Assembly (NCBI GenBank): GCA_964442255.1 | Contig: CAYTYC010000007.1 | Location: 1-54,741 of the forward strand | Source: an uncultured archaeon | GTDB taxonomy: Archaea > Iainarchaeota > Iainarchaeia > Iainarchaeales > 1-14-0-10-31-34 | Direction: 5' to 3' | DNA length: 54,741 nt | Shown: positions 28,608 to 37,685 of the stretch, piece after piece | Layout: each line of letters begins with the position of its first letter | Position numbering within the stretch: position 1 is the stretch's first letter | The notes under the pieces: generated by a model | Database searches by the model: none | What the model was told of the DNA's origin: nothing | What the model saw: only the letters and a program-made list of their open reading frames with translations | Translations under genes and position numbers: made by a program

Positions 28608-28889
28608 ATGCAGACTGAAATGATTCATTTAAGGATGAAAAGCGCGCTTGTAAAAAACATAGACTATTTTGTTCAGCACGGAAACTACAAGTCCAGGACA
28701 GAGTTTTTGAATGACGCGGCAAGGGAAAAAGCGGATGAAAAAATGAAAACCGAGGCAATAAAGCGGTTAAAAGAAAACCTTGGAAAAGGAAAAGTAAAGC
28801 GCTTGGACGAGAAGGAACTGGACAAGCGAGCCGAGAAATGGGTAAAGAATAATCCATCAAAGATCCTCGGGGAGTTTGGGTTCAAGTAA
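28608..28889 (+). CDS. Ribbon-helix-helix (CopG-like) protein, antitoxin-like
   Basis: MIHLRMKSALVKNIDYFVQHGNYKSRTEFLNDAAREK RHH pattern. Confidence 0.8.
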   Translation: MQTEMIHLRMKSALVKNIDYFVQHGNYKSRTEFLNDAAREKADEKMKTEAIKRLKENLGKGKVKRLDEKELDKRAEKWVKNNPSKILGEFGFK

Positions 28890-29267
28890 ATCAGAGAACT
28901 CCAAAAAATGCTTTGTGTCGCGCGTCACTATAAACTCTGCTTTGCCTCTCTTTGCGATGAGCGCGTGCAGGGCATCGGTCCAGTTTTTTGAAAGTTTCTT
29001 TGCTTCTTTTGCCTCGCTTTCAGTCCGTTCAAGCACTTCAATTTTTCCGGTTTCCCTCAAATCCCGCAAAAGAACATTCAGCACTGTTAAACCCTGCACT
29101 GAAGCTTTAAGTTCTTCCAGAACCCAATCCGAGGAAACAATGAAAAACTCGCATTCAAGCGTTCTCCTGAACAGCTGGAAAGCGAATTCGCCCAAAGATC
29201 GGATGTTGTCTGTTCTGTTCTCCAGGTAATCAAGGAAAATATTGGCATCCGCATAAATTCTTTCCAT
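28857..29267 (-). CDS. vapC: PIN-domain (VapC-like) nuclease
   Basis: IYADANIFLD, VLEEL, DALHA and IVTRDTKHF retain the acidic tetrad. Confidence 0.9.
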   Translation of the reverse strand: MERIYADANIFLDYLENRTDNIRSLGEFAFQLFRRTLECEFFIVSSDWVLEELKASVQGLTVLNVLLRDLRETGKIEVLERTESEAKEAKKLSKNWTDALHALIAKRGKAEFIVTRDTKHFLEFSDLLEPKLPEDL

Positions 29268-29271
29268 CCAA

Positions 29272-29496
29272 TCACTCTTTCAATGCAAGGTAGCGGTAGG
29301 CTTCCTGCAGTGCCAAAACCGCTTTCGGGATTTCGTTCACGTTCAATGAATTCGTGGACTTCCATTCGTCGTTCTTGTCCTTGTAACGCTTGTCAATGGA
29401 AACATTGTGGAAAGAGCCTTCGCCTTTTTTGGATTCGTTTTCCCAGACGCTGACCTGCACTGGGCCGGAGTTAAACTTCTTTAAAGGAACGCTCAT
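29272..29496 (-). CDS. Small conserved protein, PC4/ssDNA-binding-like
   Basis: VSVWEN..VSIDKRYKDKNDEWKSTNSL..IPKAVLAL (four strands plus a helix); GGGGTGA SD. Confidence 0.65.
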   Translation of the reverse strand: MSVPLKKFNSGPVQVSVWENESKKGEGSFHNVSIDKRYKDKNDEWKSTNSLNVNEIPKAVLALQEAYRYLALKE

Positions 29497-29551
29497 TTTT
29501 TCACCCCCTGAAAAAAAGAATAAGGAAAACGGCTATATTTCTTTGGAGGGG

Positions 29552-29642
29552 GGGCACATTTCCTGTCAACCGCCACTGTCGGTTGACGCCAGTGCCCTGC
29601 TGCCTCGCTACGTTTGGCAGCAGATCTGCTCGCTTCGCTCGC
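29552..29642. other. GC-rich multi-hairpin element (candidate structured leader or ssDNA signal)
   Basis: GGGCAC/GTGCCC encloses GTCAACCG/CGGTTGAC; second stem CTGCTGCC/GGCAGCAG; GCTCGCTTCGCTCGC. Confidence 0.6.
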
Positions 29643-29690
29643 AAAAAAAAAACCAAAGTTTAAATAATCATCTTAACTTAATTGAATGGC

Positions 29691-30893
29691 ATGAAAGCCT
29701 GGCTTGTTCTGGTTGTTGCGGCAGTGCTGTTTTTCGGGTGCACGGGCATTCCGGCAGGGGAGGCACCGGATGAAGCGCAGATAAAGGCTGACCCTGAAAA
29801 AGCCTACGCGGAGCTCAACGCAAAGGTTTTGGCAACGGAAAACTTCAAGGCAACATACAAAATGGTTCTCGAGGCCGGGCTGTTCGGAAGCATTGAATCG
29901 GATTTGGAGGTAGTGAAATCCGGCGAAAAAACCAGAATAAAAAGCATTTCAGAATACATGGGAATGGAAAGCGAAACCTCAACATACTTTCAGGGCAAAA
30001 AAGCGGTGATGTGCGCGGAAACCAGCTTAAGCGGAATGAACTGCGCGGAAATTGATTACTCGGGCGGAATAATGGAGGCACAGGATTTCTACAACTTCAA
30101 TCCAAAGCTGTACGAGGGCGTGGAAGTGGAATATTTGGGCAAAAAAGAGGTCCAGGAAAAAAACTGCTTTGAGTTCAGGACAACATTTGACAAGAAAGCG
30201 GTGGATGAGCTCATGAGGAAAGAAAGCGAGGCCCGCGGGGAAACGCTTCCGGAAGAAGGAATGATTTCAAAAATAGAGGTAACCGACTGCAAGGAAGAAA
30301 ACACCGGCTTAAGCCTGGAATACAAAATGGACATTTACGGGGAATCCGCCGTAAAAGAAGAGCCAACCGAATTGATGAGCTACGACATAAGGCTGAAAAG
30401 CCTGGAGCTGGACACGGGGGAAGAAGAGGTGCGGCCGGAAAAAGGCTTCGCGTTCATCGGAATGGAGTGCACAACAAAGGACGCAATAATGGGCGTAGTG
30501 GGGCTGAAGGATTACGGAAAAACAGAGGCGCAGATAAACGCGGGGGAGGAGGCGTTTACGGAGGAAATGCCTTCACTCGGATTCGGGGAAGAAAAAGAAT
30601 TCGTGCTTGAGTTTTCCAGGGAATACCTGCAGTTAAGCGTTCAGGTTGAAGTGTGCATTGAAGGGGAATGCGCAATACAGCAATGCCCGGTTTCAGACTA
30701 CGGCGGCTGGGGAGAACTGGACGAATGCTACGGAAAAGGGGAAAACGAATGCAATGCGGACGAAAGCTGCGAAGCAGTTTACGGGCCAGGCGAATGCGAT
30801 TTGAACGGGGAATGCACCGGGGATGATGTGTTCCAGGTGTGCACGCCCAGATGGGAAGAAGGGGAAACAGGGGACGAAAACTCTTCAGAATAA
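29691..30893 (+). CDS. Putative lipoprotein with Cys-rich acidic C-terminus
   Basis: LFFGC lipobox; beta-rich N-terminal half; Cys-rich tail. Confidence 0.75.
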   Translation: MKAWLVLVVAAVLFFGCTGIPAGEAPDEAQIKADPEKAYAELNAKVLATENFKATYKMVLEAGLFGSIESDLEVVKSGEKTRIKSISEYMGMESETSTYFQGKKAVMCAETSLSGMNCAEIDYSGGIMEAQDFYNFNPKLYEGVEVEYLGKKEVQEKNCFEFRTTFDKKAVDELMRKESEARGETLPEEGMISKIEVTDCKEENTGLSLEYKMDIYGESAVKEEPTELMSYDIRLKSLELDTGEEEVRPEKGFAFIGMECTTKDAIMGVVGLKDYGKTEAQINAGEEAFTEEMPSLGFGEEKEFVLEFSREYLQLSVQVEVCIEGECAIQQCPVSDYGGWGELDECYGKGENECNADESCEAVYGPGECDLNGECTGDDVFQVCTPRWEEGETGDENSSE

Positions 30894-30902
30894 AAAAAAA
30901 GC

Positions 30903-31562
30903 TTATTTTGATTTTGCCCACTTCAGGATTTCCTGGAAACACTTTATCCGGGATTCAAGCCCCTCAATCTTTTTTTGAAGCGAGCCCATCTTGTTTTCGC
31001 TCAAGCCCTTCCTGAATTCCTGCAGCTGGTCGGCGTATTTGGCGAGCTTTTTGTCCTTTTTGTAGACGATTGAAGACTCAAATGTTTCAGTGAGCTGCTT
31101 CCTGTAATCCAGGTCATTAACAAACATGCAAACCATTGGCCTCCAGCGCTTGTCGGGGACAAGGTGGACGGGAAGCCTTACTTTTGAGGCGTCAGCCCTG
31201 TAATCCGGGTTCACCGCAAACTTAATCAAATGCTTCCAGTACAATGCATCCTTCAATTTTTTGACGTTGTTCACTGTGTTGTAAATGCTTGCATGGAAGT
31301 GCTCATTCTTCCAGTCGCCTTTCTTTTTGGAAAAAAGCCCTTTCGCCCTGGATAATTCATCAATCTGCTGGCTGATGCGCAAAGGGGAAGGGTAAATAAG
31401 CCTCGGCCAGCCGTTGGATGCCTCTCCGCTCACTGAAATTATCCCGCCGTGGGCGAAATACTTTTTTAACGCCTCCGAGCGCTCGCTTTTTTCCCCGGAA
31501 TCCCTTAACTGCGGGTAAAGGGACAAAAATTTTTCAAAAGAAGAAATGACGTCCTTGGGCAT
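30903..31562 (-). CDS. Hypothetical protein with coiled-coil C-terminus
   Basis: 219-aa ORF with ATG start filling the gap between neighbours. Confidence 0.7.
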   Translation of the reverse strand: MPKDVISSFEKFLSLYPQLRDSGEKSERSEALKKYFAHGGIISVSGEASNGWPRLIYPSPLRISQQIDELSRAKGLFSKKKGDWKNEHFHASIYNTVNNVKKLKDALYWKHLIKFAVNPDYRADASKVRLPVHLVPDKRWRPMVCMFVNDLDYRKQLTETFESSIVYKKDKKLAKYADQLQEFRKGLSENKMGSLQKKIEGLESRIKCFQEILKWAKSK

Positions 31563-31614
31563 AATCCTAATAGGTTAAAAAGACGAACAGGTTAATAAAT
31601 TTTGTGGGAAAAGA

Positions 31615-32001
31615 ATGGATGAAAAGAAACTGGTTGAAGAGGCAAAAAAAGCAAGAGAAAACGCCTATGCCCCTTACTCGGGTTTTAAGGTCGGGGCAGC
31701 GGTCTTGAGTTCAAACGGAAAAGTTTACCGGGGATGCAATGTGGAAAACGCCTCCTACGGAACAACAATGTGCGCGGAAAGAAACGCAATAGGCTGTGCA
31801 GTAGCCGACGGAAAAAAGGAATTCACCGCGATTGCAGTTGTTTCGGACAGGGAAAATGGGGCAGCTCCATGCGGCGAATGCAGGCAGGCGCTCGCGGAAT
31901 TCGCGAAAAAAAAAGACATCAGGGTAATAATTGCTGATTTAAAAGGAAAATTCCGGGCGAAAGGAATAAGGGAACTTTTGCCTGAAGCATTTGAATTATA
32001 G
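31615..32001 (+). CDS. cdd: Cytidine deaminase (homotetrameric type)
   Basis: AYAPYSGFKVGAA, NVENASYG, CAER and PCGECRQ. Confidence 0.97.
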   Translation: MDEKKLVEEAKKARENAYAPYSGFKVGAAVLSSNGKVYRGCNVENASYGTTMCAERNAIGCAVADGKKEFTAIAVVSDRENGAAPCGECRQALAEFAKKKDIRVIIADLKGKFRAKGIRELLPEAFEL

Positions 32002-32015
32002 GAGGTGCAAAAAAA

Positions 32016-32351
32016 ATGTTTCCTGGAATGGGAAAAATCAACCCGGCACAGATTCAAAGGGCCATGAAGCAGTTTGGAATAAAGTCAGAGGAACTGGAGG
32101 CGGAAAGAGTGATATTTGAATTAAAGGGCAAAAAACTGGTGATAGAAAACCCCAGCGTAACCGCAATAGACATGCAGGGGCAAAAAACCTATCAGGTGAT
32201 GGGAGAGGCAAGGGAAGAAAGCAGGGGACCGCCGGAAGAGGACGTGAAAATGGTTATGGAACAAAGCGGAGCAAGCAGGGAAAAATCGGAAAATGCGCTT
32301 AAGGGCAGCGGCGGGGATTTGGCCGAAGCTATCTCAAAATTAAAAAAATAA
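32016..32351 (+). CDS. nac: Nascent polypeptide-associated complex protein
   Basis: NPAQIQRAMKQFGI, IENPSV..MQGQKTYQV and a UBA domain (DVKMVMEQ..GDLAEAI). Confidence 0.95.
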   Translation: MFPGMGKINPAQIQRAMKQFGIKSEELEAERVIFELKGKKLVIENPSVTAIDMQGQKTYQVMGEAREESRGPPEEDVKMVMEQSGASREKSENALKGSGGDLAEAISKLKK

Positions 32352-32371
32352 AAAAAAATAAAAAAAATGCT

Positions 32372-32488
32372 TCAGCGCTGAATCTTATAGTTGTGGATTT
32401 TGGTTATCCTGAAAAGAACCAAAACCAGCAAGCTGATTGTCACAACCTGCGTAACCAGCAGGGTTTGGGCAACAGTCCAAAAAGCCAT
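32372..32488 (-). CDS. 38-aa single-pass membrane microprotein (MAFWTVAQTLLVTQVVTISLLVLVLFRITKIHNYKIQR)
   Basis: Perfect GGAGGTG SD 8 nt upstream; TTTAAA box at 32526-32531; hydrophobic helix followed by basic tail; not in the ORF track. Confidence 0.65.
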   Translation of the reverse strand: MAFWTVAQTLLVTQVVTISLLVLVLFRITKIHNYKIQR

Positions 32489-32694
32489 TTTAAGTGCACC
32501 TCCTGAAAAAAGTAAGCGGAAAGGGTTTAAATAGATTAAACATAACAGGGTTTCATTGAAAAAGCCGGTTTAACCGGGTTTTTCTTTTGATGCAATCGGC
32601 AAAACCCCTGTAAAAGCCGTTAAATCGGCGATTGTGGCTGTTTGTTGGAAATTCCCGCCGGAAGGGAGATTTTCAATAAAGCCACATAACAGGG

Positions 32695-34059
32695 TTAGGC
32701 GGATTCAGACTCTGAAGCTGAAACAAACAGTATTTTCCCTGCCTGCACAAAGGCAGTGAACTCCAGTTCAACTTCTTCCCCGACTGAATGGCCTGGGAAA
32801 AGCAAAACCTCAACTTCCCGGTCTTCAAGCGGCAATTCTTTCCCTGTTTGCCCGTCAAAAATTGTTTCAAGCAGCACTATGCCGGCCTGGAAAATTTCCG
32901 GCTCCGGAAAAGAAAGCAAAGAAAAAAGCCCTTCAACCCTTTCCGCTGTCTGGATGGAGGAGCCTGAAAAATTCAGGTCAGCCGAGTAAGAGCCGGTTGA
33001 TTCGGTGAAAGAAAAATCCCCTTCCCCCAAACCAAGGCGCGGGATTTCAGCGGAAAGGAATTCCTTAATTGAGGAAAAGTCTTCCTTTTCACTGAATTTG
33101 ACTTCAGCGGAAAAACCTTCGCCGGAAGAAAACAATTCAAAGGAAGAAATTTCAGGGGAAGCGGAAAGCAGCGCATTCAAGTCTTCCTCAAATGTTTCGG
33201 AAGGGGAAAAAGAAATGCCCAAAGTAAAGGAGTCCGGGGGAACGCTTCCCGTTACTTCAGCCCCGGAAACTGCCTCCAGTTCAAGAAGCTTTTGCTCCAG
33301 TTCATCAAAAGAAATGAACTCCGAAAAAGAAATTTCCCTTGCGCCCGCAACAAGGGACCCCTTAAGGGACTCAATGGAAAAGGATTCGGTGAAGGAAAGG
33401 GAGCGGATGGAAGTGTCCCTGTATTCATAAGCGTCAATTCCCTGCAAAGTTTTTCCGGCAAAATAGGCGTTCAGCTGCACCTCAATTTCCTCTCCCGCGG
33501 TTGTGTCAGGGTATACAACGGTTTCAACCAAAGGGTCTTCAAGCTCCTTGTTCAGTGAAAAGTTGAGGTCAGGGTTGACAAAGCTTATTTCGCCTTTTAC
33601 CGTGGTAAACGCAAGGCGGTACACCTCAAAGTTTTCCAGCACACCGGAAGAAGCGGACTCAATTTCTGAAACAAGTTCCTCCGCTTCCCTGGAATCATCA
33701 AACCTTATTTCCGAAATATAAGTCAAAGAAGACCCGATTGTCGGGCCGGTTATCTCCGCATACCTTGAGTTCAGGCGGATTACCCCGACCACGGAATAAA
33801 GGATTTCATCTATTTTATTCAGTTCAGGCTCCCGGGTTTTTGCGGAAACAAATAGGACGGGGTTAAGCTGGAAAACCACCGCCTTCACGGGGTTTTCGCT
33901 GACAAAGTTAACCAAAGTGCCGTCGTCCACAGTTCCATCCGAAGGCGGAAACTGGGGCCGGGAAGGCGGAGAGTCGCCGGCAAACAAGGCGGCATAACCC
34001 AAAATAGAGCCAAGCATCACAATTGAAACAAATATTACCCCGATTGTTGAAGGCTTCAC
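32695..34059 (-). CDS. Hypothetical membrane-anchored acidic protein
   Basis: N-terminal TM; 454 aa; GGGTGA SD before GTG. Confidence 0.75.
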   Translation of the reverse strand: MKPSTIGVIFVSIVMLGSILGYAALFAGDSPPSRPQFPPSDGTVDDGTLVNFVSENPVKAVVFQLNPVLFVSAKTREPELNKIDEILYSVVGVIRLNSRYAEITGPTIGSSLTYISEIRFDDSREAEELVSEIESASSGVLENFEVYRLAFTTVKGEISFVNPDLNFSLNKELEDPLVETVVYPDTTAGEEIEVQLNAYFAGKTLQGIDAYEYRDTSIRSLSFTESFSIESLKGSLVAGAREISFSEFISFDELEQKLLELEAVSGAEVTGSVPPDSFTLGISFSPSETFEEDLNALLSASPEISSFELFSSGEGFSAEVKFSEKEDFSSIKEFLSAEIPRLGLGEGDFSFTESTGSYSADLNFSGSSIQTAERVEGLFSLLSFPEPEIFQAGIVLLETIFDGQTGKELPLEDREVEVLLFPGHSVGEEVELEFTAFVQAGKILFVSASESESA

Positions 34060-34123
34060 TTTTTTTTCACCCAGTGTTTAATAAGCTTTTCTTTTAGGAA
34101 ATTAATAAAAATGGGTGCGGGAA

Positions 34124-34822
34124 ATGAAGGAAGGAAGCCTGGCGTTAATTGAATTCACCGGAAAAGAGCTGAACACAGGGAAAATTTTTGACACAACCTC
34201 CAAAGAAGAGGCGGAAAAGGCGGGAATAGCCAAAGAAAAAGGGGTTTACAGGCCGATTCCGGTAATGGTTGGAAAAGGGGAAGTAATCAGGGGAATGGAT
34301 GAAGCGTTAAAGGAAATGAAGGAAAACGAGAAAACGGTTGTGAAGATTCCGCCGGAAAAAGGGTTCGGGGAAAGAAGAAAAGACCTGGTTGTCGTGGTTC
34401 CGCTAAAGGAATTCAAGGCAAGAAAAATGCAGCCCCACCCCGGAATGATTGTGGAAATGAACGAACAAAGGGGAAGGGTGCAGACAGTTTCAGGGGGAAG
34501 GGTGAGGGTAGACTTTAACCATGATTTGGCGGGAAAAACACTGGAATACGAGGTTAAAATAGTCAAAGAGCTTAAGGGAAAAAAAGAAAAAGTTGAAGCA
34601 CTTTATGGAAAATACTTTCCCTTCATTGAAGAAACAGAAGGAAAAGTGGAGTTAAAGGGAAACGAGGCGGAAATATACATTCCCGGAAAATTTGCGGAAT
34701 CCTCCCTCAAACTGAAGCCCTTGGTTGCAAGGATTTTAATGGACGGCGTGAAAGGAATTGAAGCGGTAAAATTCATTGAAGAATACGCAAATCCCGCAAA
34801 GCCAAAAGAAAAGGAAAAATGA
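34124..34822 (+). CDS. slyD: Long-type FKBP peptidyl-prolyl isomerase (SlyD-like)
   Basis: GKIFDTT, IPPEKGFGER, GGRVRVDFNHDLAGKTL plus archaeal C-terminal domain. Confidence 0.95.
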   Translation: MKEGSLALIEFTGKELNTGKIFDTTSKEEAEKAGIAKEKGVYRPIPVMVGKGEVIRGMDEALKEMKENEKTVVKIPPEKGFGERRKDLVVVVPLKEFKARKMQPHPGMIVEMNEQRGRVQTVSGGRVRVDFNHDLAGKTLEYEVKIVKELKGKKEKVEALYGKYFPFIEETEGKVELKGNEAEIYIPGKFAESSLKLKPLVARILMDGVKGIEAVKFIEEYANPAKPKEKEK

Positions 34823-34829
34823 CTGCGCC

Positions 34830-34867
34830 CCTGAAGGCAGCGGATTTCCTTGGGTTGTTAAATCCGC
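34830..34867. repeat. Dispersed palindromic element, copy 2
   Basis: 32/33-nt identity to 93-125; GCGGATTT..AAATCCGC stem. Confidence 0.8.
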
Positions 34868-34972
34868 GTTTACTGCCAATACGGCTTGTGGGCATTTATA
34901 AACAAAAACAGGCATTTCTGCGCCGAACCTTTACCCTAAACAAATTTAAATAACCTTAACCTTTTCTTTAGC

Positions 34973-35872
34973 ATGGTGTTTGAAACTGCAATGGGATTCC
35001 TGAAGCTGGAGGAAAAGCCGTTCAACGCATTTTTTTTTGGGATGGCCGCGGCAATTCCGGGGATAGCGATTGCTTACACTATTTTCCCGGTGAACGCTGG
35101 AATTGTCGCGGTTTTTTTCACTTCCCTTGCGATGATGCCGTTCATAAAGAAAATGACGGAAAAGGCGGCAATGACGGGCTCAACCGAAAAGACAGTGAAA
35201 TCGCATGGAATAAGATTAAGGGAATACAGGGTTAGGGGGGAAAAGCTGACCTTAAAGGCTGTGTGGAGCGAATACGGAAAGCTCATTAAAGTATACTTCT
35301 TCTCTTTCTTCGGAATATTCATGGTGTTCTCCACGCTCACGCTGGTTTACCCTGAAGATGTTACAGTAAAGCTTTTTCCGGAACAAAAAAACTCAATCCA
35401 GGGCTCGGCAACAGGGAAAGCCGCTGCAATGGGGGCAAAAGAGGCGTTCTTTATTGCGATAATTGAAAACAATTTGTGGGTGATGTTTGTGTGCTTTTTG
35501 ATTGCATTGGTGTACGGTTTTGGCGCAACCTTTATAATCACCTGGAATGCCTCGGTTTGGGGGATAGCGTTCGCGTCAAGGGCAGTTGAAATGGGCTCTG
35601 CGCTTGGGGCCGAGCCCTTCACATACTTTGCGTTGATAATGCTGGTTGTTCTCCCGCACACCGCGGCAGAGGCGATGGCATACTTTTTTGCGGCAATTTC
35701 AGGAAGCATTGCGTCAATCGCAATCGCAAAAGAAAAGATTCTGGGCACAAGGTTTAAGCAGGTCGTGTTCCAGGCAATAATCGTGTTCTTTGGCTCGGTG
35801 TTTTTCCTTTTTCTGGGGGCATACCTGGAAGTCTATGTGATAGGCTTCTTCCAGTGGATTTTCTGGGGCTGA
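34973..35872 (+). CDS. SpoIIM/DUF95-family membrane protein
   Basis: Multi-TM; IIENNLWV, WNASVWG, LPHTAAE and GAYLE motifs. Confidence 0.85.
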   Translation: MVFETAMGFLKLEEKPFNAFFFGMAAAIPGIAIAYTIFPVNAGIVAVFFTSLAMMPFIKKMTEKAAMTGSTEKTVKSHGIRLREYRVRGEKLTLKAVWSEYGKLIKVYFFSFFGIFMVFSTLTLVYPEDVTVKLFPEQKNSIQGSATGKAAAMGAKEAFFIAIIENNLWVMFVCFLIALVYGFGATFIITWNASVWGIAFASRAVEMGSALGAEPFTYFALIMLVVLPHTAAEAMAYFFAAISGSIASIAIAKEKILGTRFKQVVFQAIIVFFGSVFFLFLGAYLEVYVIGFFQWIFWG

Positions 35873-35878
35873 AACAGC

Positions 35879-36004
35879 ATGCGCTCATTGAACAACAGTG
35901 AAAGAAAAAAGGCAATGGGCAGGCAGCTCAGCTTAATGGACAAAGGCTTCAGGATGGGCAAAATAAAAATAAAGCACAGAAGCGAATTGTACGGCAGAAA
36001 GTGA
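35879..36004 (+). pseudogene. Antitoxin C-terminal remnant (41 aa)
   Basis: RQLSLMDKGFRMGKIKIKHRSELYGR resembles VapB-type C-termini ending R-x-E-L-Y-x-R; no DNA-binding N-terminus and no toxin gene follows. Confidence 0.45.
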
Positions 36005-36120
36005 GCCCAATCCATTGACTCAAAAATTTTGGCTCAGGCTTCAGCAGTTTTGGGCACAGAAAACTGTGCTGCTTCTTGGGCGACATATATATATATACCA
36101 CATACGGCAACAAATGTTTA

Positions 36121-36889
36121 ATGGGAAAAAAAAGGCGCGCAAGCATTATAGCTAGTGGAATTATCGCAGGTGCGCTGGCTTTGGCTCCAGCCCACGCAGC
36201 TGAATTGCCGGACCACGATGCAAGGCTCCGCGCAGGATGGAGCCCTGCTTATGCGGAAACCTACGTGGTGCAACACACCAAACCAGAGAGCTATCACTGG
36301 ATAACAGCAGGCAAACGAAGATTTTCGCTTTGGTCGCAGGTTTACGGCGCAAGAGGAAAGAAAACTGGCGGATACTTTCTGATGGGAAAATCATTTAAGC
36401 CGGAAGAACCAGTGTTCTTGGGTGCAGGCGTAGCCAGAAAAACCCCTTTTGGAACTGTTGCATTGGCTTTGAACATGCAGGGCACAGTTGTAGGGGTTTC
36501 AGTTGCGGCAACAAAAGATATTGGAAAGCTTGGCTTGAGTGTTCTCCAGAATATTGCAAGAGAGGAAGCCCCGCTTATTGGGCTAAAATTTGGGCATCCA
36601 AAAAGGGGGGAAAACATTTTTTGGGGCAGCCACTGCAAGAGTTGCAAAAGAACATGGTTTGGTTGCAGGGCTTTCAGCCGAAGGCAAAACTTTGGCTTTG
36701 GATGCCTCTTACGGCCCTAAAAAAAGGCAGGCATCATTTGCCGGCACAAGAACGCTTGGAAGAAACGCTTACTTTAAAGTGGGTTGGACTGGAGCAAAAG
36801 GCGTGAGGGGAGGAACTTTTGGGCTGGAAGTCCACAAAAAGCGGGGCTTCCCGCAGAAGAAGCCCCAAAGAAGGTCCCAAGCAAGATGA
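36121..36889 (+). pseudogene. Frameshifted secreted beta-strand-rich protein (~255 aa if joined by a +1 shift near 36586-36622)
   Basis: Signal peptide ending APAHA; ORF 36590-36889 is in the +1 frame and continues the amphipathic-strand pattern. Confidence 0.65.
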
Positions 36890-36978
36890 CGCGGCAGGTT
36901 AAAGCTTTAAAAGGATTTGCTTAGGCAGTATTAGTAGCCAGAGAGAGCTATTTTTTGAGGAATTTTTTGGTGCTTTAA

Positions 36979-37596
36979 ATGGAGAAATCGCTTAAAACAG
37001 GCACAACAACTGTCGGGGTCATCACAAAGGATTCTGTTGTTTTGGCTGCGGACATGCGCGCCTCAATGGGGCACATTGCCTACGATGAGGAGAGCCCGAA
37101 GCTGTACAAAATCACGGACAACATCGCTGTCACAAACGCGGGAAGCGTGGGGGACAGCTTAATGGTGGTGCGCTACCTGAAAAGCCAGGCAAGATTGTTT
37201 GAAATTGAAAGGGAAACAAAAATGAGCGTAAAGGCCGCGGCAACACTCTTATCCAACGTTTTAAGCTCCAACAGGTACTTTCCCTTCATAGTGCAGTTCA
37301 TTATCGGGGGAGTAAACAACAAGCCCGAGCTGTTTGAACTGGTTCCGGACGGGGGGCTGCTGGAAAGAAACAAATTTGCGGTTTCAGGCTCTGGAACAGA
37401 GTTTGCAATGAGCGTACTGGACCAGCAGTTCAGGGAAGGAATGAGCACAGAAGAAGGGACAAGGGTTGCGGTAAAGGCAATCATGGCCGGAAAAAAGAGG
37501 GACGTTTACTCCGGCGGAAAAAGCGTTTCCGTAATGGTGATAGACTCGGGCGGGGTAAGGCAGCTCGGGGAAGAAGAAGTGAAAAATTACATTTAA
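36979..37596 (+). CDS. psmB: Proteasome beta subunit
   Basis: KTG/TTTVG propeptide cleavage site; AADMRAS; GSG; RDVYSG. Confidence 0.97.
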   Translation: MEKSLKTGTTTVGVITKDSVVLAADMRASMGHIAYDEESPKLYKITDNIAVTNAGSVGDSLMVVRYLKSQARLFEIERETKMSVKAAATLLSNVLSSNRYFPFIVQFIIGGVNNKPELFELVPDGGLLERNKFAVSGSGTEFAMSVLDQQFREGMSTEEGTRVAVKAIMAGKKRDVYSGGKSVSVMVIDSGGVRQLGEEEVKNYI

Positions 37597-37685
37597 AAAC
37601 AGGGTTTTTTGAAGTCTTCCGGCAGCGGCAAAAAAAAAAGCTCACCGCAAAAAAATTTTTTTATTCTGCCAAAGGGTTAAAGCAA

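Noticed and set aside
29552..29642. tRNA or other known RNA gene
   Set aside because: No cloverleaf, T-loop GTTCRA or recognisable SRP/RNase P motifs; no tRNA or rRNA was recognised anywhere in the window.
32341..32368. TAAAAAAA(A) x3 tandem repeat
   Set aside because: Low-complexity A-tract best explained as a U-rich terminator for the convergent minus-strand microprotein gene.
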